DNA of 64,000 nt, from NCBI GenBank assembly GCA_965208835.1, contig OZ242358.1, positions 1,408,001-1,472,000 of the forward strand. Reading direction: 5' to 3'. The translations under genes and the position numbers were made by a program. This document shows positions 19,191-27,988 of the stretch, piece after piece. Position 1 is the stretch's first letter. Each line of letters starts with the position of its first letter. The notes under the pieces were generated by a model. It searched no databases, was not told where the DNA came from, and saw only the letters and a program-made list of their open reading frames with translations. The DNA is from Candidatus Latescibacterota bacterium (lineage in GTDB: Bacteria > Latescibacterota > UBA2968 > GCA-2709665).

Positions 19191-19263
19191 TTTGATTTAC
19201 GCTGCAAGACCTCAACTCAAAATGCGTGCATTCCTATTCTCGCTGTCTATGCACGGATGACAC

Positions 19264-19389
19264 GAAAACCCCCCACCGCATCAGCCGTCGCCGGTCCCTT
19301 CCACAGGCTTAAGGACAGCGCCTTCGACCTTTCCACTAGCTGAGGGTACCGGCTCGGCTTCTGCGACTCCCCCTCAAGGGGGGAGTGAT
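19264..19389 (+). repeat. Dispersed palindromic repeat family C, copy 1
   Basis: Reverse complement of 34082-34187; shares CCGCATCAGCCGTCGCCGG and ACCGGCTCGGCTTCTGCGACTCCCCCTCAAGGGGGGAGTGAT. Confidence 0.85.
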
Positions 19390-19437
19390 GCGGGTGTTCT
19401 GAATGCCCCTGACTTACCAACTGCTTTTATCCCTTGA

Positions 19438-20379
19438 TCACGGCACCTGAGCCCCCACCGTCTCCACGTAGACGGAAAACAGCGATTGGGAGCAGGTCAT
19501 GAACAGCCTGTTCTTTTTGGCGCCGCCGAAGCATAGGTTTGCGCAGGAGGCGGGCAGGTGGATCTTGCCGATTAGAGTACCGTCCGGCGCGAAGCAGTGC
19601 ACGCCGTCGTAGCCGTCTCCCGCCCAGCATGCCCCCGCCCACAGGTTGCCGTCCTCGTCGGTGCGCATCCCGTCCGCCGACGCGGGATCCATGTCGGTGA
19701 AGACGCGTCCATTTGCAAGGCGGTCGCCTTCCACGTCGAAAACCCGGATGTGGGCGGGGTACTGGGGCCCGTCCGACCGCCCGGTATCGACGATGTATAA
19801 CTTCGACTCGTCCGGGCTGAAGCAAAGGCCGTTCGGCCGCCGGAAGTCTCCCGCGACAACGGTCGCTTCACCGGTGTCCGGATCGAGACGGTACACGTTG
19901 GTGTCGTTCTCGAATTCGGCCCGGTGTCCTTCATAGTTCATCAGGATGCCGTAACCGGGGTCGGTGAACCAGATCGACCCATCGGTCTTGACCACGACGT
20001 CGTTCGGCGCATTCAGCGGCCTGCCCTCGAAGCGATCCATCAGGACCGTGATCGAACCGTAGTATTCCGTCCGCGTGACGCGCCGAGCGTCGTGTTCGCA
20101 CGATATCAGACGGCCCTGGCGATCGCGCGTATTCCCGTTTGTGTTATTCGATGGTTTGCGAAAGACCGAGACGTCTCCTGTCTCTTCTTCCCACTTGAGG
20201 ATGCGGTTGTTGGGAATATCGCTGAACAGCAGGTAACGGCCGTCTCCAAACCACACCGGGCCTTCCAGCCACCGGCCGCCCGTCCAGAGCATTTCGATGG
20301 CTGCGTTCCCGAGTTTGTACTTTGCAAAGCGCTCGTCGAGCACCTCGATGCGGCTGTCCGGATATCTCACAATGTCCAT
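19438..20379 (-). CDS. SMP-30/gluconolactonase/LRE family protein
   Basis: EGPVW, FSDIPNN, NGNTRD, LNAPNDV, FTDPGYG, PNGLCFSPDE, DGMRTD. Confidence 0.93.
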   Translation of the reverse strand: MDIVRYPDSRIEVLDERFAKYKLGNAAIEMLWTGGRWLEGPVWFGDGRYLLFSDIPNNRILKWEEETGDVSVFRKPSNNTNGNTRDRQGRLISCEHDARRVTRTEYYGSITVLMDRFEGRPLNAPNDVVVKTDGSIWFTDPGYGILMNYEGHRAEFENDTNVYRLDPDTGEATVVAGDFRRPNGLCFSPDESKLYIVDTGRSDGPQYPAHIRVFDVEGDRLANGRVFTDMDPASADGMRTDEDGNLWAGACWAGDGYDGVHCFAPDGTLIGKIHLPASCANLCFGGAKKNRLFMTCSQSLFSVYVETVGAQVP

Positions 20380-20650
20380 AATTCCGTTCCCGTCCCTTCA
20401 ATTGTTCCGAACTTATCGGAGATCTGACGAATGCACGTAATATACCAGAAGACACACGGTCTGACGACAGGTTGTGCGACGCATAAGGTGTGAACTGACT
20501 TACTACGCGCGATCCCGACTTCCGCGTAATCCACAGGAAATACGCTACGGCAAATTGTATCTTCGCGGCAGTCTTGTCAATGGATTTGCGGGCAGCCGGA
20601 ACGTGTCTGCCATCGCCGTTACGGTCAGAGCTCGAAAAATCCGCCACACC

Positions 20651-20679
20651 TTGACAACTATTCAGACGCCCTTTATATT
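20651..20679 (+). promoter_or_regulatory. Sigma70-like promoter
   Basis: TTGACA-17 nt-TATATT, about 140 nt upstream of ATG 20819. Confidence 0.65.
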
Positions 20680-20818
20680 GAAAATTAGCAGCGGTGAAGG
20701 CTCCGGTTAAGGCGGTCATCAGTCAACTCGGAGCGCGTTGACTGCGTTCCCACGGAAGATGTGAATCGATTGCGGTAACGAGTCAAGATGTGGAAAGCCA
20801 GGCCGTAAGATCATCCAA

Positions 20819-21769
20819 ATGACAAGACGTCGTTATATTCGGGGATTGAATCTGGCGACCGTCCTCGTCTGTCTGTTTTCTCCCGATCCGGCCAGGTGTG
20901 GGGAAGCGGGCGCGTCACGTCCGATGTACCAGGTGGCCAGCCGGCAGGAAATACTGGATGCGATGCGGCAGGTCGGCGATTACGACCCGACGGCGACGAC
21001 GAACGGCGCGCGTTTCCAGTGGGAGGTGATTTTCAATCTCGCGCACCGGGCGTGGGAACGGGACCCGCGGGGTGCGCCGCTGTTTATCGGCTCGGAAGAC
21101 TGGTTTCAGGCGTTTATGGAGAAAACCGGTCGCGCGGAAGATGAGATGCCATTGTACGCGCGGTTGGCCTATGAATATAAACAGCATATGGACGTGGAAT
21201 ACAGAATGGATCGAGTGATCCGGAGGGTAGACGAAGGGCCGGCGCCTCGATTGGCATTGAATGTCCGCATCTGGTGGGAAGACCGGACGGACAAGGCAGA
21301 TCGTTACTCATACCGGGATACGCTGTCGACGCCCACCCTCAAGATTACGATTCGTCGGTTGATTTCATACCGGCTGCTGGATTTCGGAGACTGGTTCGTC
21401 TGCGATAAAATCAGGGGGCTCAGTGGACGTCCGACGTCAGGACTGCTGGGGTTCATCTTCCGGATTATCGGCGACGGACGCATAGTACACTCCCGGATGG
21501 CAGTTTCATCCGACGGCCTTCAGATTGTCCGCGGGACGTCCAGGAAGGGCTTCATGGGAATGACAACCACCGCTACCGTCTATCCGGATGGAGAGATGAT
21601 CAAGGATCTGCCGGATGGCCGGTCCGATCTGAAGGAGCTCAAGAATCGTATCAAGCAGACGCTGAAAGTTGAATACGTGGAATTTCCCGCCGGCAGATTG
21701 CGGAAACCGGAAATTCCGTTCGAACAATCAAAAAGCCCGCCTATGGAGGATCCGCATGACCGAACGTGA
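20819..21769 (+). CDS. Hypothetical exported protein
   Basis: 316-aa ORF with a signal-peptide-like N-terminus; overlaps the next gene's start; no family recognised. Confidence 0.7.
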   Translation: MTRRRYIRGLNLATVLVCLFSPDPARCGEAGASRPMYQVASRQEILDAMRQVGDYDPTATTNGARFQWEVIFNLAHRAWERDPRGAPLFIGSEDWFQAFMEKTGRAEDEMPLYARLAYEYKQHMDVEYRMDRVIRRVDEGPAPRLALNVRIWWEDRTDKADRYSYRDTLSTPTLKITIRRLISYRLLDFGDWFVCDKIRGLSGRPTSGLLGFIFRIIGDGRIVHSRMAVSSDGLQIVRGTSRKGFMGMTTTATVYPDGEMIKDLPDGRSDLKELKNRIKQTLKVEYVEFPAGRLRKPEIPFEQSKSPPMEDPHDRT

Positions 21770-22586
21770 AGGAGACGCGAGATATACGATGGGGCGCAGC
21801 AAGGGAGAGGAGGAGCGGTTGATGCACCAGTCGCAGCTGTACGACGCGATCACCCGTCGTTTTCTGCATGAAGCGGGCGTTGGCAGCGGGATGCGGGTTC
21901 TCGATATCGGCTGCGGTCCCGGCGACGTCTCCCTGACGGCGGCTGAATTGGTGGGTCCCGAAGGGGCAGTCGTGGGCGTGGACGTCAATCCGGCCATCAT
22001 CGACACCGCTCGGGAGCGGGCTCGCACCGCTGGATTCTCCAACGTCGAATTCAGGGTTGGCGACGCCCGGACGTTGGACGTGGGAAATGACTTCGACGTG
22101 CTGATGGGCAGGCTGGTGCTGATGTATATGGGCGACCCTGCCGAAGCGCTCAGGCAGCTGACAACCCGGCTTCGCCCGGGCGGAATCGTGGCGTTCCAGG
22201 AGGCCGATTTCAGCTACTATCGCAAGCTACCCGATACGCCTGTGGCGAATGATCTGATCGAATGGGCCATCTCGGTTTTCGAACGATCAGGCGCCCACAC
22301 CGAGATGGGGTTCAACCTTTTCGGTGGGTTTGTAGACGCGGGACTGCCCGAGCCGGAAATGGATCTCGCGGCGCCGGTTGGCGGGCCGGAGTACTGGACG
22401 GGGTACCGGTTCGTGGTGGAAGCATTTCGCAGCATGGTTCCGCTCATCGAAGAGTTCGGGCTGGCAACGGCAGAAGAGGTGGATCTGGAAACGCTGGCAG
22501 ACAGGCTCCGAAACGAAGTGGTGTCGACCAAACGCGCGTTCATGCTCCCGCCCCACGTAACCGCGTGGGCGGTGCTCCCGGAATGA
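21756..22586 (+). CDS. Class I SAM-dependent methyltransferase
   Basis: VLDIGCGPG, VVGVD, GRLVLMY, LRPGG; start ATG 21756 after GGAGG. Confidence 0.9.
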   Translation: MTEREGDARYTMGRSKGEEERLMHQSQLYDAITRRFLHEAGVGSGMRVLDIGCGPGDVSLTAAELVGPEGAVVGVDVNPAIIDTARERARTAGFSNVEFRVGDARTLDVGNDFDVLMGRLVLMYMGDPAEALRQLTTRLRPGGIVAFQEADFSYYRKLPDTPVANDLIEWAISVFERSGAHTEMGFNLFGGFVDAGLPEPEMDLAAPVGGPEYWTGYRFVVEAFRSMVPLIEEFGLATAEEVDLETLADRLRNEVVSTKRAFMLPPHVTAWAVLPE

Positions 22587-22635
22587 GCGATACCCGGCGG
22601 ATGTGTGATTGTCGGCGTTTTATGCGGTGTTTCCG

Positions 22636-23916
22636 TCACCTTTCAGAACGTCCGGCCGCGCGGATGCCCTCTCTTTCGTCTACCCACTTCAGAATCACAC
22701 CTCCGGCTACGAACAATACGGCCACAATCGATATGCCGACGCGCTGGGACTGGAACGCCCGGGTGAGTTCGCCGAGGACAAGGGGTCCGAGAAAAGCCGT
22801 GGCCTTGCCCGAAAAGGCGAATAGGCCGAAAAACTCGTTTTCCTTCTTCCGTGGGACGAATCGGCCCAGGAGCGACCGGCTGGCCGATTGGTTGGGCCCC
22901 GCGAAAAATCCCGCCATGATGCCGGAGATCCAGAAGACGGCCTTGCTTTGGGTGAATATGGCCATCACCGTCGCGACGGTGAGAAACACGAGGCTGATCT
23001 GAATGGTGCGTTTGCCGCCCAACCGGTCATCGAGAAAGCCCAGCGCGAATGCCCCGACGCCGGCGGCAACGTTCAGGACGATTCCGAAGACCATGATTTC
23101 GGTGAAATTGAAACCGAACGTCCCCGCCGCGTAGATTCCGCCGAAAGAGAAGATCGTAATGAGCCCGTCGTTGTAAAAGAGGCGGGCAATAAGCAATTTG
23201 ATAATTTCCCGATACTGCCTGGCTTCCCTGAACGTAAGGACGAGCTGGCGATACGAGGACGACAGAACCCCGCGCAACTGTGATGCGCGGGTTTTTTTTT
23301 GTTTAACCCAGAGGAAAATCGGGACGCTGAAGACCGCAAACCACGCGGCGACCAGCAGGTTGGTCGCGCGAATGTGCGCGCCCGCTTCCTTCGTGAAACC
23401 GAACCAGGGCGTTTCCGCGCTGACAAAGCCGACCATGGCAACGGCCATTGCCAGGAGACCGCCGATATAGCCCAGGCCCCAACCGTACCCCGATACTCGC
23501 CCGATGTATTTCCGGGGCGCGATGTCCGGAAGAAAGGCATTGTAGAAGACGTTGCCCATTTCAAAGGCAAAATTCGCTACCGCGAACCAGAGCAGCGCCT
23601 TCAGGACCTGGCCCGGCAGTGCCGTGTATAGGCCTGTGGTGGCAACAACTGCAATAATGGTGGAGACGAGGAGAAAACCCTTACGGAACCCGCCTCTGTC
23701 CGCTACGGCACCAGCAAGCGGCGAGACCAGCGCCACGGCGATGGCCGAAAAGGTGACGCCTCTGGACCAGAGTGTGGTACCGGCAATTTCGTTTGGCGCG
23801 AGGGATTTTACAAAGTAAGTGGAGTAGATGAAGGTGACCACAAGGGTCGTGAAGGCGGAGTTGGCGAAGTCGTACATTGCCCAGGAAGCAATGGTTTTCT
23901 TGTCAATCCTGTTCAA
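22636..23916 (-). CDS. MFS transporter (UMF1/Atg22/BtlA-like)
   Basis: WAMYDFANSAF, FYNAFLP, GRVSGYGWGLGYIGG, QSASRS; multiple hydrophobic segments. Confidence 0.9.
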   Translation of the reverse strand: MNRIDKKTIASWAMYDFANSAFTTLVVTFIYSTYFVKSLAPNEIAGTTLWSRGVTFSAIAVALVSPLAGAVADRGGFRKGFLLVSTIIAVVATTGLYTALPGQVLKALLWFAVANFAFEMGNVFYNAFLPDIAPRKYIGRVSGYGWGLGYIGGLLAMAVAMVGFVSAETPWFGFTKEAGAHIRATNLLVAAWFAVFSVPIFLWVKQKKTRASQLRGVLSSSYRQLVLTFREARQYREIIKLLIARLFYNDGLITIFSFGGIYAAGTFGFNFTEIMVFGIVLNVAAGVGAFALGFLDDRLGGKRTIQISLVFLTVATVMAIFTQSKAVFWISGIMAGFFAGPNQSASRSLLGRFVPRKKENEFFGLFAFSGKATAFLGPLVLGELTRAFQSQRVGISIVAVLFVAGGVILKWVDEREGIRAAGRSER

Positions 23917-23942
23917 GAGCGAAGATCCCTTAGAAAAACGCG

Positions 23943-23965
23943 GGGGCGACCATAAGGGCCGCCCC
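23943..23965. repeat. REP-like palindrome
   Basis: GGGGCGACC-ATAAG-GGCCGCCCC between the TBDR and MFS genes. Confidence 0.55.
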
Positions 23966-24069
23966 TGTAAATGTAACGCGGATACGGATGTCGTTGAATC
24001 GATACAGGCGCAGTTGGCGGTTTCGGCCGGGTAGCGGCGTGTTGTCTGATTTCTTTTGTCTGCCGTTTC

Positions 24070-26952
24070 TTAAAAATCTGCCGTCAGTCCGACCGAAACG
24101 AGGCGGCCGATCTCGGGAGCTCCGACGAATTCGCGGTGTTTCTGGTTGAACATGTTGGAAGCGTTCACGACGAGCGCGACGGTTCCCTCAGTAATCATGG
24201 ACGGCAGTTCGTACCTGACGTTGGTGTCGAAGACGAGGGCAGACTTGACGTCGCCGATGTAAACACCGGAGTTCATTGGAAATCCGCTGCGTCCTCGGAG
24301 ACGGAATCCGACCCTGACCCCGCGATCCTGCATATTGGCCGTTGCCCCCAGGGTGAACTTGTTACGAGGCGCGTTCAGCGCGATATCCGCAATGCCGGCC
24401 AGATTTTTGAATAGATCCTTGTTGACGTGGGAGTAGCTGCCCGAGAAGGACCAGGTTTCGTCGGCGTAATAGGCAACGCTGACGTCGAAGCCGTAGAAAT
24501 CCACGTCGCCGAAGTTACGATAGGCCAACATGACGGCGTGGGGATCTGAAGCTTGCAGGGGTGAAACGGTGCCGAAGGGAATAAACGCGGCGCCGTTGTT
24601 ATCTGTGCCGGCCACGAAGAGACGGGTGATCTCGTCAACGGGTGTGTTGTTTCCGTTGCCGCCCTGTTCCGGCATATCGAGGACGCCGAGCGCTGCGGCC
24701 AGAAGCGCCGCTGAGGGGTCCTGCAGGGCTTGCGCGACTGCGGCGGAAAGCGAGGCCGAGAGCGCGGCGGGATCCAGGAATACGTTAGGCGTTTCCACCC
24801 GCAGCGGCGCCACGAAGTCGTGGGTGCGGGTACGGTACACGTCGGCCGACAGGGCGAAGCGATTCCCGAAGATACCCTTGTAACCCAGTTCATAGGTTTC
24901 GGTGATCGTCGGCCGGATTTTGTCAATGTTACGTATCGTGGAAGCGCCCAGGTCCGGAACCGGATCGAAGGCCGCGGTTGATGGATTCAGAACCATCAGT
25001 GTGTTCTGGAGGCCGGGGAGGGTCTGCGGTATGATATTCTGAAAGCCAGCCGCCAGCGCCTCCACCTGCGCGGCAGCCAGGGCGGGAATCTGTTCCGCCG
25101 GTACCCCGGCGGCCGTGAGTTGCCCGGTTATCAAAGCGGTTGCAAGTTGCTTCAGCGAAGGAAGGGCCGCGGCCATAACCGCGCTTCGACCGACTCCCCA
25201 CATGACGTTGCTGAACCTCGCGTCGTTCATCCTGATGTGTTGTGTGGGCGACATGCCGACCACCTGGGCGAACGGCGACCGGAAAGTGGGAACGCCGCCG
25301 GCGTCGCGGCTCCATGTGAATCCATTCTCGTTGCCCTGTGCGCGAACGTCGAAACTGGGGCTGAATCCCAGAACCGGCTGAAAGCCGCGACCCGTGCCGA
25401 AGGCGTCTCTGGCCTGGACAAGGTCCAGAAAGAAGTTGCTTGTGGACGGCGTGCTGAACGCCCGGTTGTACGTAAGCCGGAAGGTCTGCAGAGGGTCGGG
25501 TTTGACCACAACAGCGCCACGGGGAGAGAAGATGCGTTCGTCAACGTGGTTGTGGTCGTCCAACCGGGCCGCCCCCAACAGGGTAACTTGCTCGTTCAGG
25601 TTGATCTCGCCCTGCACGTAGGCGCCGAATTCGTCGATGTCGTCTCGGGTTTCATTGGAACCCGTAATCGTCCCGTCTGTATTGGGACGCGTAAACAGGC
25701 CGTCCACCCCGTAGGTAATCCTGCCGCGGTCCGCCACACTCAGGCTGTGCTGGGCCTGCAGGACCGTAAAGGATGACGTGTCCACGATGGGGTCATTCGT
25801 CCGGAGGAGCTTGGTATCCCCCGCGTCGCTGGCATTGTGAAAGGCCTGAATGAAAACGTCCTTGAAGAGTACGCGGCCCTGCACGAAGTAATTCGCCCAC
25901 CCGTCGGCCTGGCCCGCGCCGATACCCGTCATTTCAATGCTGTTGATGCGGGCGAAGCCCGTTGAAAAAATGCCTGTGAAGTCCTCGGTCGGGCGGACGT
26001 CGAGGCGCAATTCTCCGCTGATTCGACTCGTGTCATAGTCCCTGGGATTCCGGCCGCGCAGCCGCACTTCCTCCGGGTCTTCGTGTTCCCAGTCGGTTCC
26101 GGAAAAGTACTGTCCGGAGAGTTTGACGCCTACGATGTCCGACGTCGCGGCGTGCCGAAAGGAGACTTTCCTCATATCGCGTTCTCCGCCCATGACGCTG
26201 ACAGACGTGCCCTCGGAGCCGAAGGGCGACCGGGTAACGATGTGCATAACGCCGTTCGCACTGTTGGGACCGTAAAGCGCTGACCCGGGGCCAAGGACGA
26301 CCTCGACGCGGTCGATGTCGTGGTTTGTAACGGGAATGAAGTGATGAGCGTTGAATCGCAGGGAAGGAACACGGGAAATCCTGTTGTCCACCAGGGTAAG
26401 CAGCGTTCCGGAGAAGACGTTGTTAAAGCCGCGCGCCACGGTATTGGCCTGAAACAGGCCGGTCTGGGCGTTGTCCACGCCAGCAAGCCCCACGATGTAG
26501 TCCGCGGCACTCAATCCGCGTTGAGTCTGAATCTCTTCGTTCCCTACAACCGCTACAGACGCCGGCGCGTCAAGGACCTTCTCCCGCCGGCGTGACGCGG
26601 AGACGACGATCTGGTCGCCATAAAGAACCTCGACGTCCAGAATGAAGTCGAGGTTGATCTCGCCGCCTCCGGATATCCTGACGTTGCTTCGGGTTACAGT
26701 CTCGTATCCGACAAAGGATGCGGAGACCCGGTAGGCGCCGTCCGGAAGATTCGCGGCCACGTACATTCCGTTCTCGTCGGTGGACACGTTCATGGGAGCG
26801 GACAGTGGGGATCCCTGGACAATGACGTTGGCGCCGAACAGAGGGTCGCCCTCGTCGCTGGTGATCTGTCCCTTTATGGAACCCGCTCCCTGGGCGAAAG
26901 CGGATGTGACGAAGCACAGAAGCAGGGCGAGTACCGTTCTTGCGGATGGCAT
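24070..26952 (-). CDS. TonB-dependent receptor with N-terminal carboxypeptidase-regulatory-like domain
   Basis: Signal peptide; IVVSASRR TonB box; plug DIDRVEVVLGPGSALYGPN; NMFN and terminal F. Confidence 0.92.
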   Translation of the reverse strand: MPSARTVLALLLCFVTSAFAQGAGSIKGQITSDEGDPLFGANVIVQGSPLSAPMNVSTDENGMYVAANLPDGAYRVSASFVGYETVTRSNVRISGGGEINLDFILDVEVLYGDQIVVSASRRREKVLDAPASVAVVGNEEIQTQRGLSAADYIVGLAGVDNAQTGLFQANTVARGFNNVFSGTLLTLVDNRISRVPSLRFNAHHFIPVTNHDIDRVEVVLGPGSALYGPNSANGVMHIVTRSPFGSEGTSVSVMGGERDMRKVSFRHAATSDIVGVKLSGQYFSGTDWEHEDPEEVRLRGRNPRDYDTSRISGELRLDVRPTEDFTGIFSTGFARINSIEMTGIGAGQADGWANYFVQGRVLFKDVFIQAFHNASDAGDTKLLRTNDPIVDTSSFTVLQAQHSLSVADRGRITYGVDGLFTRPNTDGTITGSNETRDDIDEFGAYVQGEINLNEQVTLLGAARLDDHNHVDERIFSPRGAVVVKPDPLQTFRLTYNRAFSTPSTSNFFLDLVQARDAFGTGRGFQPVLGFSPSFDVRAQGNENGFTWSRDAGGVPTFRSPFAQVVGMSPTQHIRMNDARFSNVMWGVGRSAVMAAALPSLKQLATALITGQLTAAGVPAEQIPALAAAQVEALAAGFQNIIPQTLPGLQNTLMVLNPSTAAFDPVPDLGASTIRNIDKIRPTITETYELGYKGIFGNRFALSADVYRTRTHDFVAPLRVETPNVFLDPAALSASLSAAVAQALQDPSAALLAAALGVLDMPEQGGNGNNTPVDEITRLFVAGTDNNGAAFIPFGTVSPLQASDPHAVMLAYRNFGDVDFYGFDVSVAYYADETWSFSGSYSHVNKDLFKNLAGIADIALNAPRNKFTLGATANMQDRGVRVGFRLRGRSGFPMNSGVYIGDVKSALVFDTNVRYELPSMITEGTVALVVNASNMFNQKHREFVGAPEIGRLVSVGLTADF

Positions 26953-27109
26953 AAACTAACTCCTTACGTTTAACTTTCAGATTTACAGCTTGTGTATGGA
27001 GGATGAAAGTTTATGGGGATACACTGGGGATTCGGGGATCGCCCGGGCAGAAGGAGGGAGTCCGCGGTCGCTCGTTTTCTCCAAAAAAATCGTCCGTCAC
27101 CCGGTTAAG

Positions 27110-27688
27110 TCAGCCGGGCGTCACGCGGTCGCCGCCGTCTGGCGTGCGGGCGAGTTCCGCCCTGACCGCAACCGCCAGCGGTTCGGCAGAAGCAAGATAT
27201 CTGCGCTTACTCGAGAAGACGCCACCGCCGATCTGTTCGCCGGGCAGCCTCGGTATCAACTGAAAGTGAAGATGGGAGAGCGGTCCGGAACACATGGTAA
27301 CCTGATAGACTTTGTCGCAGGCGGTTACCGTTTTCAGCGCGCGGGTCAGTCTAAGCATGACCGACATCAACTCCGTACCCAACTCGTCCGATAGCCCGGC
27401 GATGTCCGGAACGTGCGGTTTGGCAATCAGGATCGTGTGACCCAGGCCGCGCGGGTATTGCTCGAGGACCGCAAAACACCGCTCGTTTTCGAACAACAGT
27501 GCGCCGTCAGGGTTCGACGCTGCCTCTCTCTCCGCAATCGAGTGACAGGTATGGCAAATCCCCTGCTGGACAAGCCGCTTCCATCCGCGCCCGCGCTCTG
27601 CGCGTTCGCGCAATTCGTGCTCCGTGGCCGGCCGCACACAACCCTGTAGTCGAACGAAATTGGCAGCCGCCGGTTTATGGTTTCGCAT
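27110..27688 (-). CDS. HIT-family nucleotide hydrolase/transferase
   Basis: CHTC, YPRGLGHTILIAKPH, HLHFQLIPR; true start uncertain. Confidence 0.82.
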   Translation of the reverse strand: MRNHKPAAANFVRLQGCVRPATEHELRERAERGRGWKRLVQQGICHTCHSIAEREAASNPDGALLFENERCFAVLEQYPRGLGHTILIAKPHVPDIAGLSDELGTELMSVMLRLTRALKTVTACDKVYQVTMCSGPLSHLHFQLIPRLPGEQIGGGVFSSKRRYLASAEPLAVAVRAELARTPDGGDRVTPG

Positions 27689-27859
27689 GGACGCTCATGT
27701 ATCGATTATAGCTGCACTTATTTTTCTTAATATAAGGGATTTATCTTTTTTCGCCCGAACAAATCGGAATTTTTGCAATCAGCCCGTGGGATAATGCCTG
27801 AAGTTTCGATTCGTCCAGGTCTGTGATGCAGAAGATCGAGATACAGACAACGCGTCTTG

Positions 27860-27988
27860 CAGCCCGTTGAAAAAGCCCATCCGGGCTACGGCCGGCCCTT
27901 GCGGTCGAAATACTGCGTTGCGCGCCCTCGCCGAATCGCGGGACGGGACACCATACCTCGCCTGCAGAGCGACTTTTCCAACGGACTG
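27860..27988. mobile_element. MITE family B, copy 1 (129 bp)
   Basis: Ends CAGCCCGTTGAAAAAG / CTTTTCCAACGGACTG; flanks CTTG/CTAG; inverted copy at 56991-57136. Confidence 0.85.

Noticed and set aside
18543-19215. Cognate restriction endonuclease for the MTase
   Set aside because: Only short ORFs, without HNH or PD-(D/E)xK motifs.
20686-20818. Cobalamin or c-di-GMP riboswitch
   Set aside because: Conserved boxes (GGGAA..GCAACTG; GGCAAA..GCAAAGC) are absent.
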